Below, one piece after another: positions 28,199-37,834 of a DNA stretch of 64,000 bases. Positions within the stretch are counted from its first letter, which is position 1; each line of letters starts with the position of its first letter. The stretch covers positions 2,144,001-2,208,000 of the forward strand of contig OY843592.1 of NCBI GenBank assembly GCA_963692865.2, written 5' to 3'. Both the position numbers and the translations under genes were made by a program. Under the pieces are notes generated by a model that was given only the letters and a program-made list of their open reading frames with translations, was not told the DNA's origin and did no database searches. The stretch is from a bacterium (lineage in GTDB: Bacteria > UBA8248).

Positions 28199-28578
28199 CG
28201 GACTATCTTACCGTCGTCGAAGTTCTCGCAATTTATCAGGATCAAATCGAGCGATACGGCGGAACCGGAGGCGTGCGCGATGCGGGTCTGCTCGAAGCCG
28301 CCCTGTTTCGTCCCGAGACGGGCTACTACGCCGATCTGATTGAGGAGGCTGCCGCACTCTGGGAAAGCATGGAGAGCAATCACCCGTTCATCGACGGGAA
28401 CAAGCGAACGGCTTTCGCCGTCACATATACGTTTCTCGCAATCAACGGGGTATGGATTACGGCGGACGCCGAAAGCGCTTATGCCTTCATCATCGGCCTC
28501 CATGAAACCGATTCCTTCACCTTCGAGCGGCTGAGAGACTGGCTCCGCGTAAACGTGCGGATGGATGAACTGGAGTGA
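28195..28578 (+). CDS. Fic/Doc death-on-curing toxin
   Basis: GVRD.GLLE.AL.RP, HPFIDGNKRTA. Confidence 0.92.
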   Translation: MTDYLTVVEVLAIYQDQIERYGGTGGVRDAGLLEAALFRPETGYYADLIEEAAALWESMESNHPFIDGNKRTAFAVTYTFLAINGVWITADAESAYAFIIGLHETDSFTFERLRDWLRVNVRMDELE

Positions 28579-28695
28579 ATGCGATCATCTGCACAGGTCT
28601 ATCTTCTTGGACAGGATGCGGGATTTCTCCACGCTTTGTTTCGGCGGGGAATGCCAGGCATCAGGCTCTGCGGCCCTAGACGGGATAAGGGGTTA
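28577..28695 (+). pseudogene. Degenerate duplicate of the def 3' end (26086-26207)
   Basis: ECDHLHRSIFLDRMRDFSTLCFGGE versus EYDHLDGLIFIDRMRDFSTLCFGEE, then a 2-bp deletion; GGGGTTA follows the stop in both. Confidence 0.9.
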
Positions 28696-28812
28696 GGCGC
28701 GGTAGACCTGTTCGTTTTCCTGAATTTCCCTGACATTCATGATGTGGCGGGTGAGCGCTGGGGACGGGAGTGCGCTCGAAATGCGCGTGAGGAATAAGCC
28801 GAAAAATTTGAA

Positions 28813-28899
28813 TGGTGCCCAAGGCCGGACTCGAACCGACACGGGGTTGCCCCCACTAGCCCCTCAAGCTAGCGTGTCTACCAATTCCACCACTTGGGC
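28813..28899 (-). tRNA. tRNA-Leu(GAG)
   Basis: GCCCAAG acceptor stem, GGTAGACACG D-arm, CTAGC-TTGAGGG-GCTAG anticodon arm, long variable arm, GTTCGAGTC, CCA. Confidence 0.97.
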
Positions 28900-29072
28900 A
28901 TGTTGTCTGGCGTTTCTTTGGAGCAACGCTCAGGCCAAGAGGCTATATAGCGTCGCGCGCGCCGCGCTGTCAACGCTCTTTCATACCTGGGCTTGAGCGG
29001 CGTTTCGCGTCCGCTCGCCGAACCGGGTTCGAGGCGTTGCGCGATGGGCCGGCCACGCTCCCACCGATGATG

Positions 29073-30575
29073 TTAACGGGAATTCGCCCTCGGGTTCATG
29101 GCGTCGCGCAGGCCCTCGCCGAAGAGGTTGAAGGCGAGCATGACGACGAGTATCGCCGAGCCCGGGATGAAGGTGAGCCAGGGGGCGTCGAAGATGTATT
29201 TCTTGCCGTCCGAGAAGATGTTCCCCCAGCTCGCCTGGGGCGGCGGGACGCCGAAGCCCAGGAAGCTCAGGCTCGCCTCGGTCAGGATCGCGCCCGCGAT
29301 GCCGATGGTGGCGGAGACCAGCACGGGCGCGAGCGAGTTGGGGATGAGATAGCGGAAGATGATGAGCCCGTCCGAGCCCCCCGAGGCGCGCGCGGACTCG
29401 ACGAAGGGCTGCTCCCTCAGCGAGAGTATCTCCGCGCGCACGAAACGCGCGGGCCCCACCCAGCCGAGGACGCCGATGACCACCATGATGATCCAGATGT
29501 TGGGCGTCACGAGCGCGAGGATGGTCAGGAGCACGAAAAACGAGGGGAACGAAAGCTGCACGTCCACGACCGTGGTGTAGATGACGTCCACCTTGGGCAG
29601 GCGGAATCTTTGAAGCAGCGAGGCGGCCTCGAATCTCCGGTAGAGATAGACGCATGCTGCCGCGCCCCCGACGCTCGTCCAAAGATGCGCCGCATGGCCC
29701 GGGTAGGCGAGGTAGAGGCCTGCGAGGAACAAGAGGAAATAGACGAGGCCCCCGCCCGCCACCGCGCTTAAGATTACGCCGTCCGCCGCGCTTTCCTCCG
29801 CGTTCCGCCCCTGCGCCCCGCCGAAGGCGGCGAGCGTGATGAGAGTGGCCGCGCCCAGGAACCCCTCGCGCCAGTAGGGCGCGCGGACTGTAAGGCCGAG
29901 GTCGGAGGTGAAGCCGCTGAACCCGAACGGCTCGAACGGGCCCAGCGCAAGCCCCAAAAGCGCGCCGAAGACCATGCCCTCCAGGAACAGGGAGCGGCCG
30001 TCGCGGCGCACCAACAGCCCCAGACCTGCGCCCGTCATGGAAAACAGGAGAGCCAGAAATCCCAGCTCGTTCCATACGGCGTAGCCGGTGAGGCCCGCCC
30101 CGATGAAGCCGAAAAGCGGCGCGCCGCTCGGCTTGATCTCTCCGTAGAAACCGGCGATTCCGCCGATGGCGACGCCCAGCAGGGTGGCGATGCCGATGGC
30201 CACGAAGCCCACCGACATCGAGATGAACGTGCCCTCCAGCATCCTGGCGAACACGTCGCGGCCCAGATCGTCGGTGCCGAACACGTATATTCCCAGACGC
30301 GGGAGGTTTTCCCTGGGCACCTGCTCCTCGTTCGGAGCGGAGAGGGGGGCCATGAGCTTGTCCGGCAGGCGCACGACGTTCGCGTCGAACACCGGCTCGC
30401 TCATGAGGGCGGAGTTGACGAAGCCGACCGCCGCCAGGGCGAAGAAGACCACCAGCACGACGCCGCCCGCCATCGCCATGCGGTTTCGCTGCAGGTGCCG
30501 CCACACGCGCCGGCCGGGGGTGAGTTCCTCCCCCATCTCCTCGATCATCTCGCGCATTTCGTGGGTTTCGTTCAC
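29073..30575 (-). CDS. Oligopeptide ABC permease (OppC/DppC) with a large hydrophobic insertion
   Basis: FGTDDLGRDVFARM, ARFVRAEILSLRE..FVESARASG, EASLSFLGFG; GTG overlaps the upstream stop. Confidence 0.9.
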   Translation of the reverse strand: MNETHEMREMIEEMGEELTPGRRVWRHLQRNRMAMAGGVVLVVFFALAAVGFVNSALMSEPVFDANVVRLPDKLMAPLSAPNEEQVPRENLPRLGIYVFGTDDLGRDVFARMLEGTFISMSVGFVAIGIATLLGVAIGGIAGFYGEIKPSGAPLFGFIGAGLTGYAVWNELGFLALLFSMTGAGLGLLVRRDGRSLFLEGMVFGALLGLALGPFEPFGFSGFTSDLGLTVRAPYWREGFLGAATLITLAAFGGAQGRNAEESAADGVILSAVAGGGLVYFLLFLAGLYLAYPGHAAHLWTSVGGAAACVYLYRRFEAASLLQRFRLPKVDVIYTTVVDVQLSFPSFFVLLTILALVTPNIWIIMVVIGVLGWVGPARFVRAEILSLREQPFVESARASGGSDGLIIFRYLIPNSLAPVLVSATIGIAGAILTEASLSFLGFGVPPPQASWGNIFSDGKKYIFDAPWLTFIPGSAILVVMLAFNLFGEGLRDAMNPRANSR

Positions 30576-31567
30576 AGGCGTATCCTCGGGTCGACGACGA
30601 CGAGCAATATGTCGGAGACGAATGTGCCGATGACGACCAGGATGGCGGAGATGAAGTTGAGACTTAATATCACCGGGTAGTCCCGCGCCAGCACGGCCTC
30701 GAAGCCCAGCCGACCCATGCCGGGCCACGCGAAGATGTTCTCGATGATGACCGAGCCGCCGATCAGCCCCGGCAGGATGAGGCCGAACATGGTGACGAAG
30801 GGAAGGGCCGCGTTCCTCAAGACGTGCACGTAGTTCACGGTGTCCTCGTCCAGCCCCTTGGAGTGGGCCGTGCGGATGAAGTCCGAGTCCACCACCTCTA
30901 TCATCTGGCCGCGCACGTAGCGCGAGAGCACGGCGATTCCGCCGATGGCGCCCACGAGGCTCGGCAGCACGAGGTGCCAGACGCGGTCGTTGATCCGGAA
31001 CAGGGGAGAGACGTCGCCCCGGCCGAAGGTCTCGATCCCCAGGACGGAGACCTCGAGGCCCGGCACGCGGTAGTCCGTGAAGGGCAGCGCGAACCCCTGG
31101 ACGACGGCGATGATGAGGATGTAGGCCAGGAAGAAGCTCGGCATCGAGATCATGAGGTAGCTCATGAAGGTGGTGGAGCGGTCGAAGGCGCTGTAGCGGC
31201 GCAGCGCGCCCGCGATCCCCAGGGGAAACGAGAGGCACCAGGTGATGATGGCGCCCACGATGAAGAGCGGCAGGCTGATCAGGAAGCGCCGCCATATCTT
31301 CCCGAAAACGGGCTGGTTGTCCTTGAGACTCGTGAGTTCGCCCGTGAAGAATTTCTTGTAGAAGCGCCAGTACTGCACCGGAAGCGGTTTGTCGAGGTCG
31401 AAGGCGGCGCGGTAGCGCGCGAGGTCTTCCTTGGTGAAGCGCGGGTTCAGGGGGTCGATCTGGCTCGGCTCGCCGGGTGCTAAATGGATGATGAGGAAAC
31501 TCACGATCGAGATGATGAACAGCGTCGCGAGCTTGAACAGGCTCGTGCGGATAACGTAGGCGCCCAC
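30572..31567 (-). CDS. Oligopeptide ABC permease (OppB/DppB)
   Basis: LDKPLPVQY, FIRTAHSKGL, ENIFAWPGMG, RDYPVI. Confidence 0.93.
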   Translation of the reverse strand: MGAYVIRTSLFKLATLFIISIVSFLIIHLAPGEPSQIDPLNPRFTKEDLARYRAAFDLDKPLPVQYWRFYKKFFTGELTSLKDNQPVFGKIWRRFLISLPLFIVGAIITWCLSFPLGIAGALRRYSAFDRSTTFMSYLMISMPSFFLAYILIIAVVQGFALPFTDYRVPGLEVSVLGIETFGRGDVSPLFRINDRVWHLVLPSLVGAIGGIAVLSRYVRGQMIEVVDSDFIRTAHSKGLDEDTVNYVHVLRNAALPFVTMFGLILPGLIGGSVIIENIFAWPGMGRLGFEAVLARDYPVILSLNFISAILVVIGTFVSDILLVVVDPRIRL

Positions 31568-31568
31568 G

Positions 31569-33647
31569 TTAGTTCTCGAACCGGGGGATGCGGGAGAATT
31601 TCAGCCACTCGTTGAAGTCGAACGAATAGCTGCCCGTGATGGTGGGGCGGATTTTTTCGGGTTTTATTTTGCCGCTCCTGAGGCGTCTGGCGATGGCGAT
31701 TTTCCTGTCGAGCAGCGCCGTCCACTTGCTGACGTAGAGAAACGTGTAGGGCTGATCCGCCGCGATGATGCGGTGGAGGTCGTGCGCGTAGCGGACCTGT
31801 TTCGCCAGGTCGTATTCCTGGCGGATCTTGATGATGAGGTCGTCGGCCTTGGGGTTCTTGTAGCCCACGAAATTGAGTTGTCCCTTGCCGGTCTGGCTCG
31901 AGTGCCATATCTGGTAGAGGTCCGGGTCGAGGCCCATGCTCCAGCCGAGGACGACCGCGTCGAAATTGAGCTGGTTGACGTATTTCCGGATGAACACGGC
32001 CCACTCGACCTGCGTGAAGCTGATCTTGACGCCGATCTTCTTCCAGGCGTCCTGCACCACGGTGCCCACGGCGCGCCGGACCTCGTTGCCGTGGTTCGTC
32101 ATCAGGGTGAAGGCGAGGGGCTTGCCGTCTTTCGTCAGCACCCCGTCTTTTTTCCTGAACCCCGCCTCGTGCAGCAGCCGCTCCGCGCCCTTGGGGTCGT
32201 AGGGCAGGGGCTTGACGCCGCGGTTGTAGTGCGGGCTTTGCTTCACGAAGGGCCCCGTGATGTCCTCGGCCTGTCCGTTCAGCACGTAGCGGTGGATCTG
32301 CCTGGTGTCCACCGCCATGCCCAGCGCCCGGCGCACGCGCGCGTCCCGGAACGGCCGGCGCCGGTGGTTGTAGCCGATGTAGGCGTACCCGAAGCCCAGG
32401 CCCGAGAACACCTGGAACCTCGGGTCCTTCCTGAGCCGCTCGACCTGGTGCGCGCCCGCCCCGTAGCGGTCCACCGTGCCCGCGTAGAAGGTGATCTCCT
32501 GCGTGAGGGGGTCGGGCAGGATTCGGTAGACGTATTCATGGTATTCGGGCGGCCCCTCCCAGTAGTCATCGTTTCGCGCGAGGCGGATGAGCTCGTCCGA
32601 GCGCCATTCCCTGAACTTGAACGGCCCCGTGCCGACGGGTTTCCGGTTGAACGCGCTTTCGAGCATGCCGAACGTTTTGGGGTCCTTGCCCTTTCGCTTC
32701 GCTTCTTCGGCGAGTTTTTTCGCGTTCAGCAGATGCTCGGGCAGCATCCCCATGCTCCAGGAGCCGAAGGCGGGGGAGTAGAGCCTCTTGTAGGTGATCT
32801 TGACGGTGAACGCATCAGGCGTCTCCACGCGCTTGACGGGCTCGTAGTCCGGCACCCTCGGGGAGAGGTTTTTGGGATTCATGATGGATTCGTAGGTGAA
32901 GCGCACGTCGCCCGAGTCGAACTCGTGGCCGTCGTGGAAGCGCACGCCTTGCCTGAGCTTGAAGACGATGATCGGGTTGTGCTCGGTGAGCTTGACCCGC
33001 CGCGCGGCGAAGGGGAGCAGCTTATCGGGCAGCTTCGTCTTGACGTAGGGAGCGGGGTCTTCGGCGAGGCTCTTTTCCCCCAGCAGCGCTCCAAGATGCC
33101 TGAAGAGGTACTGATCCACGCTCTTGAGCGTCAGCTTCACGCGCTCGGGATAGGTGATGGCGACGGCTTTCCGCCCGGGTATTTTCCCGCCCTTGGGCGG
33201 CGGGGTGCGGATGGCGGTTTTCTGCTCTGCGGGAGCGGTGGCTTCGATTTTTTCGATGTTCTTGAGCCAGGCGGCCGCCTCCGCGCCGCGCGCCCGTTCG
33301 ATGCGCTCGACAAGCACCTTCGCGCCCGGCCCCTCGGGATGGGGCACGAAGAACGCCTCCTCGTAGATTTTCCACGAGGCGGCCAGACGGCCCCGGTAGG
33401 AGAGGTCGCGGTCCCTGTCGATGAGGCCCTCGAATATCTGATCGACGATGGCCCCGCTCGCCGTGTCCGCGTGAAGGATGGGGTTCAGGATCTGGGCGTC
33501 GCCGATGGAGCCGGTGATGAACTGGCGAAGGCGCGCATCGCTGCCGCCCTTGGTCTGGTCGGAGAACGTCGGCACCCAGAAGTAGGACTGGAACAACGCC
33601 GCCGCGATGAGAATGGGGAGCAGCAGCAGGATGCGCTTGATCAGCAT
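31569..33647 (-). CDS. Peptide ABC substrate-binding protein (family 5)
   Basis: LNPI, LRQGVRFHDG, PVGTGPFKF, VRRALGMAVD. Confidence 0.92.
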   Translation of the reverse strand: MLIKRILLLLPILIAAALFQSYFWVPTFSDQTKGGSDARLRQFITGSIGDAQILNPILHADTASGAIVDQIFEGLIDRDRDLSYRGRLAASWKIYEEAFFVPHPEGPGAKVLVERIERARGAEAAAWLKNIEKIEATAPAEQKTAIRTPPPKGGKIPGRKAVAITYPERVKLTLKSVDQYLFRHLGALLGEKSLAEDPAPYVKTKLPDKLLPFAARRVKLTEHNPIIVFKLRQGVRFHDGHEFDSGDVRFTYESIMNPKNLSPRVPDYEPVKRVETPDAFTVKITYKRLYSPAFGSWSMGMLPEHLLNAKKLAEEAKRKGKDPKTFGMLESAFNRKPVGTGPFKFREWRSDELIRLARNDDYWEGPPEYHEYVYRILPDPLTQEITFYAGTVDRYGAGAHQVERLRKDPRFQVFSGLGFGYAYIGYNHRRRPFRDARVRRALGMAVDTRQIHRYVLNGQAEDITGPFVKQSPHYNRGVKPLPYDPKGAERLLHEAGFRKKDGVLTKDGKPLAFTLMTNHGNEVRRAVGTVVQDAWKKIGVKISFTQVEWAVFIRKYVNQLNFDAVVLGWSMGLDPDLYQIWHSSQTGKGQLNFVGYKNPKADDLIIKIRQEYDLAKQVRYAHDLHRIIAADQPYTFLYVSKWTALLDRKIAIARRLRSGKIKPEKIRPTITGSYSFDFNEWLKFSRIPRFEN

Positions 33648-33694
33648 CGTCGGCCCTCAGCGCGCGCGAATGGTGAAGCCGGGTCTCGCGCGCT

Positions 33695-34009
33695 TTATTT
33701 CTTCTCGGGGGCGGCGGGTGTCGAAGGTTGCGTGTTCGTCTGCACGGGCGCGGCGGGCACGATGGAGCCGCCCTGGTTGGCGCCTTGCGAGCCGATGTAG
33801 GTGAGCAGAAGCGAGGTCACCATGAAGAGGACGGCGGCGCCGGTCGTGATCTTGCTCAGGAAGTTCACCGGTCCCCGCGTGCCGAACATCGTGTCGCTCG
33901 ATCCGCCGAAGGCGGCGCCCATGCCGCCGGCCTTGCCCGCCTGGAGAAGCACCGAAAGAATCAGGCAAATCGCCACGGCTACGTGCAAGACTGTCAAAAC
34001 TATCGTCAT
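33695..34009 (-). CDS. secG: Preprotein translocase subunit SecG
   Basis: VLLQAGKAGGMGAAFGG, FLSKIT; follows tpiA. Confidence 0.95.
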   Translation of the reverse strand: MTIVLTVLHVAVAICLILSVLLQAGKAGGMGAAFGGSSDTMFGTRGPVNFLSKITTGAAVLFMVTSLLLTYIGSQGANQGGSIVPAAPVQTNTQPSTPAAPEKK

Positions 34010-34022
34010 TTTCTCGCTCTTT

Positions 34023-34805
34023 TCATGTTTGGCCCGGACTCGTCCGGGCCGCGCGGATGATTTCCAGAAAGTCTTCTGCCTTGAGGCTCGCCCCGCCGAT
34101 GAGGCCGCCGTCGATGTCGGTCCCGGCGAACAACTCCGCGGCGTTCTCCGGTTTCACGCTGCCGCCGTATAAGATACGCGTTTCCTGCGCGCATTCCAAG
34201 CCGAAAACCGCCTCCAGCCGCTCGCGGATGAACGCGTGCGCCTCCTGGGCCTGATCGGGCGTGGCCGTGAGGCCCGTGCCGATGGCCCACACGGGTTCGT
34301 ACGCGACGACGAAACCCCCCGGCGGAGGGGCGTCGAACGCGCCCTGAATCGAGTGCTCCACCTGATGGGCGATTCGCGCGAGCGTCGTCCCGGCTTGTCT
34401 CGTGGTGAACGGCTCCCCGAGGCAGATGACGGGCGTGAGGCCGCCCGCGCTCGCCGCCCCCGCCTTTCGGGCGATGAGGCCGTCGCCTTCTCCCATCAGT
34501 TCGCGCCTTTCGCTGTGCCCGAGGATGACGTGGCTCGCGCCCGCGTCGGTGAGCATCGAGACGCTGATCTCGCCCGTGTATGCGCCGTCCGGGTGATGGG
34601 AGCAGTCCTGTCCGGCGACGCCGATTGCGCTCCCGGAGACCTCATCCACGACAGCGGAAAGGGCGAGATAGGGCGGACCCAGCACGACGTCCACGCCGGA
34701 GAGACTCTCTCCCGCGACGCCTCCGGCCACCTCGCGCGCGAGCGTTCGCGCCTCCCCAATCGTCTTGTTCATCTTCCAGTTGCCGGCCACGAGGGCGCGC
34801 CGCAT
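34023..34805 (-). CDS. tpiA: Triosephosphate isomerase
   Basis: AGNWKMNK, GHSERR, AYEPVWAIGTG, YGGSVK. Confidence 0.98.
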   Translation of the reverse strand: MRRALVAGNWKMNKTIGEARTLAREVAGGVAGESLSGVDVVLGPPYLALSAVVDEVSGSAIGVAGQDCSHHPDGAYTGEISVSMLTDAGASHVILGHSERRELMGEGDGLIARKAGAASAGGLTPVICLGEPFTTRQAGTTLARIAHQVEHSIQGAFDAPPPGGFVVAYEPVWAIGTGLTATPDQAQEAHAFIRERLEAVFGLECAQETRILYGGSVKPENAAELFAGTDIDGGLIGGASLKAEDFLEIIRAARTSPGQT

Positions 34806-34835
34806 CGTGAGTTCCTCTTTTTCTTTTCGGGTTTT

Positions 34836-36059
34836 TCAGTTTTTGTCCGTCAGGCAGGCCAGGCCGGGGAGTTCTTTCCCCTCCAGCAGTTCCAGGAAGG
34901 CGCCGCCGCCCGTGCTGATGTAGGAGATGCGGCGCGATTCCCCCGCCGCGTGAACGGCCACGTCCGTATCGCCGCCGCCCACTATCGTCAGCGCGTAGGA
35001 GTTCGCCACGTGGTTCACCATGGCGTAGGTGCCGCGCGAGAAGGCGTCCACCTCGAACACGCCCATCGGGCCGTTCCAGATGATGGTCTTCGCGTCCTGG
35101 AGCACCTCGCCGAAAAGGGTCGTGCTCGCGGGTCCGATGTCGAGGGCGTACCACTCCTCGGGCACCTCCTGGGCGGGCACCACCTTGGTTTCCGCCGAGG
35201 CCTCGAACTTGTCCGCGATCACGTAGTCGCTGGGGAGGTAGAACTTCACCTCCAGCTCCTGCGCCTTGTCGATGATCGAGCGCGCCGTGTCCACCATGTG
35301 CTCCTCGACCAGGCTGTTGCCCATCTCGTAGCCCAGCGCGCGGTGGAAGGTTCCCGCCATGCCGCCCCCGATGATGATCTTGTCCATCTTGGGGAGTATC
35401 CGCTCGACGATGCCGATCTTGGCGCTCGCCTTCGCGCCCCCGACGATCGCCACCACGGGGCGCATCGGGTTGTTCACCGCCCCGCTCAGGTAGCTGACCT
35501 CCTTGATCATCAGGAAACCGGCGACGGCGGGGTTCAGGAATTTCGTGATCGCCGACATCGAGGCGTGGTTGCGGTGGGCGTTGCCGAACGCGTCGCCGAT
35601 GTAGATGTCGGCCAGGGAGGCGAGTTCGCGGGCGAATTTGTCGTCGTTCTTCTCCTCGCCCGGATGGAACCGGAGGTTCTCCAGCAGGAGCACCTCGCCC
35701 GGCCTCATCTCCTCGGCCATGCTCCGGGCCTCCGCTCCCGTGGGTGCGGGCGCGAGGGGGCATTCCTTCTCCAGAAGCCGGGACAGGCGCTTTGCGACCG
35801 GGCCGAGGGAGTTTCTCGGGTCGACCTTCCCCTTGGGCCGGCCGATGTGGGTGCCGATGACGACCCGCGCGCCCTCGTCCAGCAGGTAGTTGATGGTGGG
35901 CAGGGCCGCCCGGATGCGGGCGTCGTCCGTGATGTGCCCCTGGTCGTCGAGCGGCACGTTGAAGTCGACGCGCAGGAAAACCCGCTTGCCCGCTACGTCG
36001 ACGTCCTCGACGCCGAGTTTGGGGTCTCCGTTCTCGATGTTGCTCGTGATCGTCGCCAT
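34836..36059 (-). CDS. pgk: Phosphoglycerate kinase
   Basis: RVDFNVP, LLENLRF, WNGPMGVFE, GGGDT, STGGGA. Confidence 0.98.
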   Translation of the reverse strand: MATITSNIENGDPKLGVEDVDVAGKRVFLRVDFNVPLDDQGHITDDARIRAALPTINYLLDEGARVVIGTHIGRPKGKVDPRNSLGPVAKRLSRLLEKECPLAPAPTGAEARSMAEEMRPGEVLLLENLRFHPGEEKNDDKFARELASLADIYIGDAFGNAHRNHASMSAITKFLNPAVAGFLMIKEVSYLSGAVNNPMRPVVAIVGGAKASAKIGIVERILPKMDKIIIGGGMAGTFHRALGYEMGNSLVEEHMVDTARSIIDKAQELEVKFYLPSDYVIADKFEASAETKVVPAQEVPEEWYALDIGPASTTLFGEVLQDAKTIIWNGPMGVFEVDAFSRGTYAMVNHVANSYALTIVGGGDTDVAVHAAGESRRISYISTGGGAFLELLEGKELPGLACLTDKN

Positions 36060-36073
36060 TGCCTTGGAGCCTC

Positions 36074-37105
<1,032 letters not shown>

Positions 37106-37369
37106 TTAGAGGATATGAAAAATTGTTTCGTTATGGGCGTTCCATGACGTACGCGCGCGCGGATTCTAACCGATACGATGGGCGGCTCCAAGCCCGCCCG
37201 AAGGTTTTTTCCCGCTTTGCGCCCTGAATCCGCCGGGTTGGCGAGAAAAGTGGAAAATCAGGGAATCATATAATGGAGTTGACGATTTCTTCCTGCCGGC
37301 CAAGCCATAAAGAACCTGCCAGTTCAATTGACAATTCCCTCCCCCAAAACTGCTCCCCCATGCTTGGGT

Positions 37370-37760
37370 TTTTTTCACTCCCCCCTTGAGGGGGGTGTTG
37401 AAAAACCCCTCCTCGCTCGGATTGACCACCGCCGTCATTGTCGTTTCTATTGTAGGGGCCGCATATCATGCGGCCCGGCTTTTTCGCCTTCACAATACGG
37501 GTCGCATGATATGTCGGACATATATGTCCGACCTACGGGTAAAACGTGGTTGATCCGAGAGGGACAGGTTTTTCAACAACCCCTTGAGGGTCGGGCTTCC
37601 CGGGAGGAAAGCCAGACGAAGAGGCCGAGCGGTTTATGCGAAGGCCGATTCGGTGGGGGGACATGCCACAGAAAAAGCTCCCCCCACCAACTCGCCTGCG
37701 GGCTTCGCCCTTGTCTCGTTGTCGGGCTTTCCCCTCGGGAAGCCCGACCCTCAAGGGGGG
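37370..37760. mobile_element. REP-carrying MITE inserted in a CCCCTTGAGGGG hairpin element
   Basis: TTGAG|GGGGGTGTTGAAAAA ... TTTTTCAACAACCCC|TTGAG (about 37391-37583). Confidence 0.8.
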
Positions 37761-37834
37761 AGGGATTACATCGCTTCCTTTCGAATCCACCACCCGGAAT
37801 CCCGCTATTGAGTCATGCATATAATTCTCGAAAA

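Noticed and set aside
28813-28899. tRNA-Leu as the attachment site of the TIR/Doc islet
   Set aside because: No duplicated tRNA 3' end and no integrase seen; the islet is bounded by def repeats instead
30576-31295. 740-aa version of OppC
   Set aside because: The extension is an alternate frame of oppB; GTG 30575 overlaps the oppB stop
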